The notes under the pieces: generated by a model
The model's input: only the letters and a program-made list of their open reading frames with translations
Told to the model about the DNA's origin: nothing
The model's database searches: none
Made by a program: the position numbers and the translations under genes
Part shown: positions 12,101-25,440 of the stretch, piece by piece
Layout: every line of letters starts with the position of its first letter
Position numbering within the stretch: the first letter of the stretch is position 1
NCBI RefSeq assembly: GCF_002113885.1
Contig: NW_018405747.1
Span: forward strand, 1,155,306 to 1,219,305
Reading direction: 5' to 3'
Length of the DNA: 64,000 nt
DNA from: Mizuhopecten yessoensis
Lineage: Eukaryota

Positions 12101-15100
12101 TCACACACACTTGCACACTTTCTTACAAACTCACACCCTAATGTACAAACGTACAGCACACAACACACAACACTTATAACTATACAATTAATTAGATCGT
12201 GATGTACCCGTGACGTTAAGGCTTGGGATTTTGATGTCATTGTAAAAATTCTCAGTGTGGACTGGGTTTAAAGATTGTTCACAGACCCTTCCATATACTT
12301 TCACCTGTAAGCTAAATCAACATGTTTGTAATATTGGGGCCAGAAAATATATTTCATTGTGAATGAATGGTTCTGCACTTCTTGGTATTGTAGCTATCAG
12401 CAATAACTTAACTCATTCACCCCGGAAGACACATTTGAATTCTTCCAATTCAAAGGTTGGAATAGCTGATTGTAAAATTTCAGGGGTGAATGAGTTAAGT
12501 ATTAAAATATTTGGTTTACAGAGTCGTTGAACAATGCCATGATGACATGTACCGAGCCATCAGATGGTTCCGAACCTCAGACGGTGATCATCATCCAGGG
12601 TGGATCGGGGGAGGCCACCGACATATCCCAGACCATCACCATGCAGGGCACCTTCTCTACTGCTGAGGACGGACAGACCACCTTTAGCCCTGTACCTAAC
12701 CTGCCTCAGACCCCAGCACCAGGTAGGGATACATGTCTCTCTTATCCTGGACAGGTGTATCCACACTTTTACCGGTGTGAGATATATATCCTTGTCTCAC
12801 CCGAGGGTTGAGACGGGGGGATTCCTGTATTCATAAATAACAATGGTATGACATCACGTCAACAGTACAATGACATCATGTCAAAAATCCATCAGCATCA
12901 CACATCAACCTTGAATTTAGCCTGTGACGTTAACATTACATTATGTTTACTATACACAATGGGAGAACAGGGTAAGAGAAAAAGAATCTTTCCCCGAGGG
13001 TTAAAATTCCCCAATCTCATCTTAAAGGGGGTGAGCGATTCTATTAGTCTTTAAATTAAACATTTAAGGAAATCATTTAACCATTCCTTAGTTTACAACT
13101 ATCTACAAAATGTTGTAACAAATGTTGAGAATTGTAAATCAAACTACCAATCTCATTCATTGAAATCATTCAACCATTCCAAAGTGTACCATGTAACAAA
13201 TGATATGTATTTAAGTAGACATTGTTGCATTTCAGCTATAACTCAAGCAGAAATGCAGTATGCTGAAGCACTTATCCATGGAATTTTAGAAATATTTTAT
13301 TTTATAGTCACTGCAGATTGCTTGTTATAACATAGGGTATATATGGTTGACTGTGCTGAGGTTTTAGGAGACCTGCGGTGTACTCGACATGTACAAACTG
13401 GATTATATTGCATGCCATCACTTTTTTTGTCATCGGTAGGAAAGAAAAGAGGAAGACCAAAGCAAAAAGGGTCAGCTCGTAAGCAAGCTGGAAATAAACC
13501 TCCGGCAAAACCTTCAAAACCAGATATAGGTAACTTAAACTGGCATTTTCATTCATGGCTGATCATTTAACAGTTCATACACTATTTTTTGTCAAAGTAA
13601 CAATTGTTGTATTATTTTTAGTAATGGTATAATAAATTGAGTCAAAGCTACAATATATTTAACCATTGTTATTGAAATAAATAATGACCTACACACATTT
13701 TATATTGAAGGAATTGACAAGATAATAAATTTATATAGATGTATACAGAATGAGTACTGATGATTTACTTTACAGGGTCTGACGGCCGGTTTGTGTGCTC
13801 TAGCTGTAAGCGGTCATTTACTAAAGAGAGATTCTTTAACACACACAAATGTATGGGGACGACCGACTATGTGGACCTTACCAGGAAACAGGTCATGGAC
13901 CTTGAACTAGGTACCACAGCTATTTTCAACATTCACTGTTTTATCATGAAGACAAATTTGTTTAAGATGAGACTGGTAACTTTCTGTTGCTTGAAATATT
14001 TTAAGTCAGTAACTGTGTATTAAAGTTGGTGAATACTTTGCATGTTATTTTGATTTAAATAGAAGCTCATGATGTTATGAATAAATTATTAAAAAAACGG
14101 TAAATTCACCATTTTCTGTGTTTGTGTAAATCCCCATCAATTACAAAATTTGTGGAAATCCCCCAAAATACAATGTTTGTGTAAATCCACTATCGAATGG
14201 AATAATTTATTTCACTATCATTAGCCTTGTATAATTGTGTCAAGTAACTGGAAAACAAAAAAATGCTCCTCTAGAACATGATGTCGCAAGATAATAGACA
14301 CTACATAATCCTATTTGATTGTCAAGAGGTAGGTTGGTACAATTAAGAGAGAAAGAAAAGTAAAATATTTTAGTATGACTTTTTGATATTTCAGATGCAG
14401 ATGAAGTTGAAGAGGACCTGGAGGCAAAGGATGATCATGTATATCATCTAGAGGAAGATCATCCGTCTGATGTTGAAGAGGAAGACAACTTGGACGGGGA
14501 CTCTGACTTCAAGGTAAAGGAGCACCAGAAAAAGGCGAAGGAGGATGACTGGGACAAGCCAGAAAGTACAGATGGGGTTCAGGTGCTGGCCGACCCAGAC
14601 GTGGGCAACACTCGCGCAGAGAAACCTTCTGATTTTATCACAGACCTGCCAATATTCACATCGGAGGAAGAGAAGCTGAAATTTGAACAGCAAATGAATG
14701 TAGATCTGAGTGGAGTGGACTCCATGTTTAAACAGCATGCTATAGCTCAGGACCTGAACGAGAAAGCTCCCATGACAACGCGGATGGTGACCACTTCCCT
14801 ATCACTGTTCTCCTGCTGTGTCTGTGAGAAGATTTTTAAGACTCTGTCACACATGAGATTACACTGTCTGATCCATACAGACCTTAAGCCCTTCAAGTGT
14901 CCAAAGTGTCGATATGCATCCAACTCGAAAGGTTCGTGTTGGTTTATCATTGTTGAATATGACCCAGGTTTGTAAAATAAACGTGGTTTTAGTCAAAAAT
15001 ACATTTACAAATCGGTGTAAGGTTGCATTCGAGTATCCAGTTGAAACGGCTTAAGTGACACAGAAGTATTCATTGCTGATTCAGTTCAGATCTGAGCCTG

Positions 15101-18100
15101 TCGTTTTCTTTTCAGGTTCTGCTGGTTGAAATGGTTGAATCGAATACGGAAAAGAGCCTAAAATTTATTTGAAAAATATTTAATTGCTCTGTTTAAAAAT
15201 GAACATTTAGAGTTCAGTTAAGATTTTTATTGAGCCTGTGAGATATAGATATATAAATATATCAAAAGAACCAGGTATGTGAACAGTGTTTTTGATTGAT
15301 AGTCGTCTCTGTTACAGGTAACCTGTACACACACATGAGGAAACATACAGGCCAGTACTATAAGTGTAATGATTGTTCTTTCAAGTCAGTCAACAAAAGT
15401 CATTTGCTGGAGCATGTGGCCACACACAAAAAGAATAAGGAAAAATGTGATATTTGTAAGAAGTCGTATAAAACCTTAAAATCCATGGTTAACCACATCA
15501 GGAAATACCACAGCAGCTCAATCCGGGGACGCGAATACCTAGCCACCTTCCTCCAGAACCCTACCAAGGGCTCAACCGTCATCCACCAGTGTCACGTCTG
15601 TAATCGTAAGTTCAAGAAAAAGGTTGATCGTGACAGGCATCTGTTTGTACATGACATCAAAGACATTCCGAGCATACAACACTGTGAGTTGTGTGACTAC
15701 ACTGCCAGCCGTAAGGTTTACTTGGACAAGCACTACCAGAAACACAGAGTCATCTACCGATGTGTCAAGTGTCACATCAAGTTCCTAAGTACAGTTCGAT
15801 TGATTGACCACTTGACCAGTGTCCATCTCAAGGTTGATTTGTCCAACAAGTGGGAGGAGCTATTTGAGCAGTGTATCAATTACAGTCTGTATCTCCCTGA
15901 GCCTGACGAACTTCTTGAGATGAAAGAGTTCATCAACCTACCCCCAGAACTTTCTAGCTCTGTGATGAAAATAGAAGCTAAGCTAAATGCTGAGCTTGGT
16001 GTAATGTGTACGGACAAGTCTGGAGACAAGATTGGTGCAGGTGATGTAAACAGGGGTTCCAGGGTTGTGACAGAGGACATAGCGTCTGTAGCAATACCAA
16101 ACTCACAGGAACAGGCCGGGGAAACTGACTGTGCAGGCCAGGGGGACCACAACTCCATGTCGGAACACGAGTCTTTACTTGTTGATTGTGCTACAGGTAA
16201 ACTTACAAATATACATCTGTACTAGTAGTCACTAAAACTCAAAAGTTGGTTGAATTTAGTTATTTATTAGTTATGAACTAATCCATGTACTACAAAATTT
16301 GATACTGTGCAGGTGGATAAAGGGAAAGCACTAAACATATTAAAGTTTTCTGCTTGTGAAAAGCATAAATGGGATTTAATGGCCAACATGAAGTTGAATA
16401 AAAAAAAGGAAATCTTCTCTTGTGAAGTTGATGTGATATATATTATATCTGTTGATGGTAGCATGGGATGCCATTTTGCTATTTTTGTTAGTAACATAGT
16501 TCGCTTCAGTTATGTTGATGACAAATACTACAAATACTTGAAAGTTCAGCTGTTTCACTTATTTTACACATTAGTTTAAACGCTTACCAACTTCATTCAA
16601 TATATTATGGAGATGGTAATAACATACAGAAAAAACATATGAATATTAAAATCAACTTTAAGTGTAGTAACTTGTGTGTGTGCATGTTTCAGGGTATCAA
16701 GATCAAAGTGGTTGTAACTTTTTATAGAACACTGAAACTAATTTCACATGGCAGCGGGGCATTTGTGTCTTACAGACATTTTCTAGTTTAAAATATTATA
16801 AATAACAGTTTATTAAAATAAAAGTTCTCCTCAATGTTGTATGTATACAGTAATGTAATGTAAGATTTGTCTGTTAAGATTCGTTTGTTTTGTCATCAGC
16901 CTAAAGCTGGTATTGTAATACATATATCAATATATGTTGTCTTATATTTTAGGTAAATCAGTGGATAACACTGAAACTTTAGAAGATAACAGTAAAAATG
17001 TAGACAACGCAGAGGTCAATGATAAAGAGGTCACTACACTTGAGGAAAGTATGGAGACAGAAGCCACTCCAGCTGATGTTGATGATGTTGTTCCAGAGAC
17101 GGCATCTTCCCCGGCTGATGTTGATGTTGTTGTTCGAGAGACGGCATCTTCTCCGGCTGATATTGATGCTGTTCCAGAGATAGGTGCCTCCCCAGCTGAT
17201 GGTGATGTTGTCGCAGAGACAGACAATGGAGAAACGAGCACTTTAGATGGGGAGGAAGAGCTGGATGAGGAAGACGATGAACTGGACGAAAGTCAGCTGG
17301 AGGAGCTAGGTAATATAGATGGAACAGATGGAACAGAAGGAACAGAAGGACCTGGTGGTAAGATAGCCAGTAAGGATCTCATACAGCGTATGGGCTATCA
17401 CATGATGACTATGGACATCTTCCACAAGATGAGGGAGACATTCGGTACGGAGGAGTGTGAATACTGTGGAAAGCTTTATTACAACAAGGTAGACTTCGAC
17501 ACTCATCTCCGGACACATACAGGTGAGAACACCTCACACAGCCACAACATAAATCAGCTGTCTCTTTTTGTCTCAATTTGTGTATGCTAGGTTGTGTGAA
17601 GTCAAAACTTGTTAGCAGGAAAATGCCTGAATGCCAAATGTGGTATGCAAAATGCTATTGTCAAATGCCTTAATGTTTATTACCAATTGCCAAATGAGTA
17701 ATGCTAAATTCTAATGGCATTAAGTATTTGGCATTTGACAATTAGCATTTTGCATTCTGCATTAGGTATTGTGTACCGGCCTTCCATAATCCCGATTATC
17801 CCAATAAAACTTACTGGTTCCTTTAATACTAGTATAATATTGTCTGGTATGTGGATCCCTGATGGATTCTTTTATTGAAGTTCAATTGAGCTGACATTAG
17901 AACTACAGCATTCCTTTCCTACCCTGTCTGGGTAAACTCACTAGTCCTGTTGATGACGTCTATATTTTAGTCAGAGACTACTAATGACACAATAGTATCT
18001 AGGGTGTGAGAACCCTGGTATACTGGTAGATAGGATTTGACTTTTGTCGACTTGGGCAACTGTTGTCGGATGTTAAAATCTATCTCCAAGGTATCTTTGG

Positions 18101-21100
18101 TGTAATGATTATCTGTCCATGTCTGTATTTACAGTAAACATGATAAGGATCAGTAGCGATTCCTGCTGTTTTGAAATAAAAAGTCAGATACTATCTACAG
18201 AAAGTTTTACAATGTAACAGCTAGTAAAAATTGTTTGTTGCTATGATCTAAGGAGACAAGCCGTTCCCCTGTAGTATCTGTGGGTACCGGGGCCTGACTA
18301 AGGAGAACCTAAGTCGTCACAAGGAGAAGGAACACGAGAAGCTGACCTTCCCATGTAAAGACTGTAACTTTGAGTTTGTGGCCAACAGTCGCTCACAGCT
18401 ATGGAACCACACCATGAAACACAGAGGTCTGCACGAAGCCATGGGTATAGAGTGTCCCACCTGTAAATCCAAGTTTGAGAAGTAAGTGGGCTGTCCAGCA
18501 TCATTTTAACAGTAGGTGCTCTAAAGGGTGTTGTATAAGGCTAGTTGGAAGTATTCCGTCTTTTCGCATTGCAGAGTTATCTGCTCCTGTGAGCAGGTAT
18601 TGATTGTTACATCATAATTTGTGTGAGAAAATTACGTCGTTTTTCTCAAAAATTAATGATGTTACTCTCACAAACAAATGACTTACAATCAATATCTGCT
18701 CACAAGAGCAGATAACTCTGCAATACGAAAAGACGGAATATATTGAAAGCTATAGGTTATCGCTCTAGAAGGTTTTTTGTTCACAGTTATTTGATGTTCA
18801 TATGGAAGCTAAATTTAGTATTCAGTATAACGGTATATGGCAGACCAGGTAACAGGAGTAAGTTAACATTTCTTGGGAATTTAGCTTTGTAATAGAAATA
18901 TAATGATGAAAGTATAATAGCATATACAGACTTACTGATGAAACTTCAGTTGTATTTTGAGAAAGAAAGACTGGTCACTGCATCAGTTTGAAAATTATAT
19001 GTTGTCAGATTAAATAAATAATTGTTGTGTTTGTAGCATGAAGAAATTGAAGGCGCACTTCAGCGATGGCCACACTGATCTAAACTTAGATGAGCAGCTT
19101 AAAGTCACCGGCTACAAGGAGTTCAAACACCGCACACAGGGAAAGATGGGTAGGTTGAAAAGTCTAGCTGTCATGTCAGTGTCACATGGCAAAACTTTTT
19201 TTATATATAGCACAACAAAATGCTGAGTTGTGGAGAAATTTTAATCAATGTTAACACTGGTCACTTATAGCATTCCTATTTTCTTTTAATTTTGATTCAT
19301 TCTGTAGATAATGCTTCAGTAATTTATGACATTTCTTGATATGTATGATGGACAATTTGTGTACTTCTTGTCACAATTGTAAAATATTCCCTTTTGTCAT
19401 AATTACATGTACGATAAGAACTGCTGAATATATCACTGTATATATTGTCCATTCAATCTGGCGGAATGTTATGCATCCACGAGAAACTACTAATTAAGTG
19501 TTTGCTATGATAAAACAGAATGTCACATTCAGAATTATATGATCAGTACACCAGTCAATAATTGTAATGTCATTTGCTTCAAGGTCGGAGGTCATACAAG
19601 TGTCCATACTGTGATAAGGTGTTTATACGAGCCAACTCAGAGCTTCAGAAACACATATGGATACACGAGGGCATCAAGCCATACAAGTGCCCGCTGTGTA
19701 CATACTCCTGTCGCAGTAAAAACAATCTTCAGGCCCACATGCTGCGGCACACGGAGGAGAAGCCCTACTCCTGCTCAGAATGCGGCAAGGCCTACAAGTC
19801 CCAGACAGCACTACGGTGGCATGTCAGATCTCACAAGGACGGCAAACTTTTCAAATGTGACAGGTAAAAACTGAGCAGTCTTTAAAAACGTATTTTTGTA
19901 TTGTAGAACATTTTATTTAATAAGAACTTTACACTGTATAGAGGCTAACTTTTATGAGGATTTAATTTTTGAAATATTAAACAATCTGATTTCAAATACA
20001 TTGATTTATACTTTTAAGAAGAAAGATATAAAGCTGAAGGTTTGAGTTATCATTGTCCTCAATCTTCATGTGAAAAATGAGTGAAAAATATGAAGAAAGT
20101 ATCAATTTGATTAAGACACGATTCTTAAAACTGTCAGTTGTATGAGCATTAAACACACAAATCCGTTCTGGATGGAAATTTGTTAATTTTTGTACCCGTA
20201 AAAAATTACAACTGTAGCTGAACCATGTTTTTATACTTGCAAAAATCTGATGGACTTATTGCCAAGAAAAACTGTTATAATTGAAATTGGAAGCTGAATA
20301 AAAAAAGAGTTGAGTTTCTCAGAATATTTTACATTCTTCTTGGGGTACAAATATCTACTGTACACATACAATCCTTCTTAACATTAAGACCTGGTGTATT
20401 GGAAATTTATTATAAATGCAACTGTGTGAGTGTATATTGTACTGTATCACCATTCCACAGGTGTCCATATGAGGCCACACAGAGAAGTCACCTGAAGCGC
20501 CACCTCCAGACACATGACGTGGTGAAGCGGTTCATGTGTATGCACTGCGAGTTTTCTGCCAACACTGTGGGCTACATGAAGATCCATTACACACGCCACC
20601 ACAAGGGTGAGACTTTTGAGTACCCCAACACCAGTGGAGTGGAGGTGGACAAGCGGGTAGTGATGGTCGACTCCCAGGCTTACCGCTGCCTCAGCTGTGA
20701 CTACCTCTTTGGTAACATGAGCGATCTCAAACGTCACCTCAAGATTCGACATCACCTCCAGGTGCAGCAGATACAGGGGCTAGACAAGGTCCCACTCAGC
20801 GAGGTCCAGGTAAGAAAGAAGGGCAGCAGATGTAATGTTATAGGGCAGAAAACTTAATGTCGTATTGTAATAATATAGACCCGACAAAAGGTGATGGTCA
20901 GCATAGGACAATTAAAAGGGCATTATAATATTAGATGATAGAATCCATGATGTAAGGCATAAGACTGTTGTGTTACAGACAGAATATTTTGTTTTTAGAG
21001 ATGAATGTAAGGAAATGAAGAATATCTTACTTTACATTCATATCTCAAGCTAAGCAATATTCTGTATACGGGGACAATTTCGCCTAGTCAGATATTCAAC

Positions 21101-22871
21101 ATTCACTAGTAAAATCTATTTTCACCCAGTTTTAATTTCGCTTTTCACATATAATTCTTATACAAGTTAAACTGTGTACTAATATTTGTTGTCATTATAA
21201 ATTTGCCCATATTGTGGAAGGTGAAAAAGACAAAATATTAAACTGCAGTGAACAATTCCCGGTAGACAGTATATTGTATTTGCAATCATACCCTTCTTAT
21301 CATGTTAGCTCAATCATTACAGGTGCATTATTCTTGTAATTTTTTCAGGTGCTTCAATGTACAGATGAGGCTCTTGCTTCTACCATTGTAGAGCAGATAT
21401 CAGAAGGGGAGACAACAACCGATGTCATAGAGCCTAGTCAAACAAGTATGGCATTTATGGTTCTGTGCTTTGATTCTGTACATTCAGATACATTTTATGT
21501 CCTTCAATGAAACTGGGATTTCTGGATTCAAACTATTATGACTCTATTGAAATACGATTCCTCTCCTATCAGTCAATTTTTTCATCATGCAAGTAAAACA
21601 ATAACATCAAAGTTTGAAATCTTATCCTTCAAAGCAGAATCTACAGTTAAATGGAGTACATATATATATATGTAAATATATTATTATGGAAATAATTGTA
21701 TTGTAATATATTTTTAAATCACAGTGGAGACCAATGATTTGGACGAGAAGACACAATCTGCAGTCAGTTTATTACAGCAGATCATTGACATGTCTCAACA
21801 GGTAATTATTATACCTACAATAAGAAACTATTCACACGGGTGATTTAAAGGTATTACTAGTTATATTACCTTGAATGAATAACGTTTGATAAAGGTCAAG
21901 GCTACCATTTCTGTTTAAGAGAGTCTTAGTAATTGCTCAAGTGATTTTACTTTCCAATGGATTATCATAGATCTCTATGCAGTGTTCTCCCCAGGCTGTT
22001 TTTGCAGCATGGCAACATGCTCCTATAATTTCTTGCCATGCTGCTATCCTAGGTCTTCTCTGCTATATATTCATAGTAAATCTAAAGTTACCATGCTGCT
22101 TTGATTTCACATAGAGTGCTGCTTTAACAGAAATATTGAAATACCATGCTTCTTTCAAAACATTCTGGGGAGAACACTGCCATGCATACATGAATTAATA
22201 GTGTGTGTGTGGAGATCCCTTGTTACATATTATTAGCTCACATAATCGATCATTTGAGCACTGGTATCGCAGTCTTTGATGACCTGTTTCATCTGTTGAC
22301 AATTTTACATTTTTGACTTCTTTTAAATAACCATAGAAGTGATTGACCTCAAATGAAGCACAAATGTTTCAGTAATGTCCCGACGAAGTGTTGTTACTTT
22401 TTGTGTCAATTGAAAAATCCATGAGATTCTACCTTAGTGTCCTCACTTCAAGAATATATAAGTGAAGGACGCCCAGGTCTCTGATTGGCCGAGACATTTT
22501 CTGCTTTTAGCAGGAGGTTATTGAATGCTACTGCTACTGATGGACATTACGATCTATCACTCTCAACTTTTACTATTTTCACCCAGGGAAGCCAGCCATT
22601 TACCGTCCAGGGAGAAGATGGCCAGATGGTGTCGGTCAATCCAGAGACCATCATCGTCCAGCAGGAGGGTGAGGAGGTGCTGCTGACCGAGGGAGGGGCT
22701 GGACTGGATGGTAACCAGCAGTATGTGATCCAGTATGTGACCCCTGATGGAACCGAGTTTGACCAGCTGGACCAGGCCTCATTGGTTGAGGTGCAGACCA
22801 TCCCCGAGGAGGTCGAGACCATACAGACAAGCATTGTTATGGAGGAGGCCAATGTGTCCATGGAAACCTAA
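9153..22871 (+). CDS. ZFAT: Zinc finger and AT-hook protein ZFAT-like, 15 coding exons, about 1345 aa
   Basis: Phase-consistent GT-AG exons: 9153-9177, 11025-11195, 12522-12722, 13440-13529, 13776-13910, 14395-14931, 15318-16196, 16953-17522, 18253-18481, 19037-19149, 19584-19863, 20461-20809, 21349-21445, 21725-21801, 22587-22871. AT-hook KKRGRPK, many C2H2 fingers with TGEKP-like linkers, ANSELQKHIWIHEGIKPYKC, and C-terminal SAVSLLQQIIDM resembling vertebrate ZFAT. Confidence 0.87.
11388..11445. repeat. 28-bp tandem duplication
   Basis: GTCAGTTATAAATGTTATATGTTGATCT x2. Confidence 0.9.
12408..12498 (-). mobile_element. 83-bp TTAA-flanked hairpin MITE, family B (inverted copy)
   Basis: Reverse complement of 5835-5925; ends 23 nt upstream of a ZFAT acceptor. 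Confidence 0.85.
15018..15161. mobile_element. Internally deleted copy of the PIF/Harbinger-like MITE at 59841-60229
   Basis: Both ends align in reverse to the two ends of 59841-60229 (GGTTGCATTCGAGTATCCAGTTGAAACGG vs GGCTACATTCAGGTATCCTGGTTGAAACGG). Confidence 0.6.
17069..17222 (+). repeat. Coding 42-bp tandem repeat (PADVDDVVPETASS-like, about 4 copies) in the acidic ZFAT linker exon
   Basis: Visible in both DNA and translation. Confidence 0.85.
17630..17770. repeat. Imperfect palindrome, MITE-like
   Basis: ATGCAAAATGCTATTGTCAAATGCC ... GGCATTTGACAATTAGCATTTTGCAT. Confidence 0.6.
18552..18740. mobile_element. Fold-back MITE with long TIRs and TA ends
   Basis: TATTCCGTCTTTTCGCATTGCAGAGTTATCTGCTC... 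pairs with ...GAGCAGATAACTCTGCAATACGAAAAGACGGAATA over more than 55 bp. Confidence 0.85.
21980..22179. mobile_element. 200-bp MITE with CAGTG ends (hAT-like); no clear TSD
   Basis: TIRs CAGTGTTCTCCCCAG / CTGGGGAGAACACTG; internal repeated CCATGCTGCT motif. Confidence 0.7.
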
Positions 22872-23129
22872 TAACTGGTTTTGGGCACATGTTAAAATTG
22901 TGCTTTTTGTCAAGTGGTTATATAGTCAATAATTGTTTTAATTACCGGTAAAACTTCATGAACTGTCCAGTTGGGTAACAGTTAATATTTATTTGTAAAT
23001 GACTACTAAGAATGACAACAATTGTCATTTCTAAACTGGACTTTGTGTGAATGTCTAGTGAGTGTGATTTAGGTGAAATGTTTTAGAGCAGAGGCCGCCA
23101 TCTTGTGTCTCTAAATTATGAATAAATGA

Positions 23130-23995
23130 ATTGTAATTGTGATTAAGTGAGTAATCTTGGAGTGTGGCCTTCTTCTTAGGTAACAGCGCTGTGAGTAAAT
23201 ATCTGTGTGATTCAGATGTCATCTTGGAGCAGAGGCCTCAGTCAGAGGTTACTGGACTGCAAGTAAATGTATTTTAAGTGTGATTAAGTGAGTAATCTTG
23301 GAGTGTGGCCTTCTTCTTAGGTAACAGCGCTGTGAGTAAATGTCTTGTGTGATTCAGATGTCATCTTGGAGCAGAGGCCTCAGTCAGAGGTTACTGGACT
23401 GCAAGTAAATGTATTGTAAGTGTGATTAAGTGAGTTATCTTGGAGTGTGGCCTTCTTCTTAGGAAACAGCGCTGTGAGTAAATGTCTTGTGTGATTCAGA
23501 TGTCATCTTGGAGCAGAGGCCTCAGTCAGAGGTTACTGAACTATAAGTAAATATATTGTAAGTGTGATTCAGAGAGTAGCATGGAGAATTGGCCTCATCA
23601 ATAGGTCATTGGACTACAAGTAAATGTATTGTAAGTGTGATTCAGAGAGTAGCATGGAGAATTGGCCACATTAATAGGTCATTGGACTACAAGTAAATGT
23701 ATTGTAAGTGTGATTCAGAGAGTAGCATGGAGAATTGGCCTCATCAATATGTCATTGGACTACAAGTAAATGTATTGTAAGTGTGATTCAGAGAGTAGCA
23801 TGGAGAATTGGCCTCATTAATAGGTCATTGGACTACAAGTAAATGTATTGTTAGTGTGATTCAGAGAGTAGCATGGAGAATTGGCCACATTAATAGGTCA
23901 TTGTACTACAAGTAAATGTACTGTAAGTGTGATTTAGAAAGGCCATCTTGGACTAGGGCTTTCATCATAGATCACTGGATTGTGAGTAACTGTAT
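23130..23995. repeat. Compound tandem repeat downstream of the ZFAT stop: 3 x ~142-bp dimers, then 5 x 73-bp monomers and a diverged final unit
   Basis: Unit starts at 23139, 23280, 23422, then 23564, 23637, 23710, 23783, 23856, 23929. Confidence 0.92.
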
Positions 23996-24883
23996 TGCGC
24001 GATTTGTCCGAGTTTTCTTTGAAAAGGGGCCTCTGAACTAGGGTTAAATGCCTCTATGATGCGTCTTTCCTGTAACTACTGATAATGGACACTTGCCAAA
24101 TGCTATTACAAAATGAACTTAAAAGAGAGAAATAAATTCAATTGAGCTGTTAATCTATTACAAATTTATTAAAAAGAAAAAATATGTGAAAACAAAATAG
24201 ACGTCTTGTTCTGTTTTGAGTAAAAGTTAGTCATGAAAGGGAAAAGCAACAAGTTTTACCCAGGTATGTCAGCTAGCACTAGTCATTGAAATATATACTG
24301 AAAGGATCCCTTTAGTCTCTAGTTGTATTTGCATTAATATTTGGGGAAAAAAATGAAGGGATCATAATGAAACTTGGTATGCTCGATTCCCTTGCTCCAA
24401 TTTGAGACGGATCAGAAAATTAAGCATAGAATATGTCCTCAATGACTGTTGCAAACCTCTTGGTACCTGTACATGTGCTTGTTCAAGAGAACAGAAAAAA
24501 TATACCACAACGGTTAATATTACTCTTGATAAATGCCTGTATAAACAGGTTGTGATTGTTCTTTAACTGTATTTCACCGGGTATAAGTCCATGGTTCAGA
24601 ATCAATAAACAGTAGGAAGACTGCCTAGTTTCAAAACCTTGAAGTTACAGAATAAAGCATTGAAAAGCAATGCATAATCTCCCAGCAAAAACGATTCCTT
24701 TATTGGCTGAGCTGTATACTTATTTAAGTATAAAGGTCACCTATTAAATACTTCCTGTACTCCCTCCCAATGCCAAAACATACTTGCAAATATCTGGAAC
24801 CTTTCGTTAAAATCGATCCATAACTTTAGAAGGAGTTGTCCGGACAAAAAGTTTCAGGATTCTTTATAAATCTTCACTACAGC

Positions 24884-24982
24884 AAGATACAGATGAAATA
24901 CCAGGTATAAAGTCCAAGAATCCTAGTTCTGTAAGATACAGATGAAATACCAGGTATAAAGTCCAAGAATCCTAGTTCTGTA
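24884..24982. repeat. 49-bp tandem duplication
   Basis: AAGATACAGATGAAATACCAGGTATAAAGTCCAAGAATCCTAGTTCTGT x2. Confidence 0.9.
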
Positions 24983-25440
24983 GAAGTTGGTAAAGTAGAA
25001 GATGACAGATCAACACACGCAACTCCATGGCATATTATATGCCTGATGATTTAACAAGTTCATTTCATGTGCCACTCTTAATCTCTATGACAATTTATTA
25101 CAAGGGCCCTGCATCAGAGATAGTAATCGCAGTGTTCATCTGTCTGTCTGTCTGTCAACATTTTGGTCTCCGGACATTATCTCAGAATCTGAAACTCTAA
25201 TCTTTCTGAAAAATTGATCTGCTGATACAATGCGAAATGTAGATGTGCATTAGGGGATTCAAAATGTCTAAGGTCAAGGTTAATGTCACTGTTACTAAAA
25301 CATGATTGTGGGGTACTGTTCTCATCTCGGAATCCAAAAGTAATCTTTTGGAAATTTGATATGGTCATACACTGCGATATGTATCAGATGTCTTATAGGG
25401 GGGTTTGAAAGGTCCAGGTCACTGTGGTGGACAAAAGGAT

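Noticed and set aside
16307-16579. 90-aa ORF as an extra ZFAT exon
   Set aside because: Flanking exons already join in phase, and the sequence is intron-like with no finger motif.
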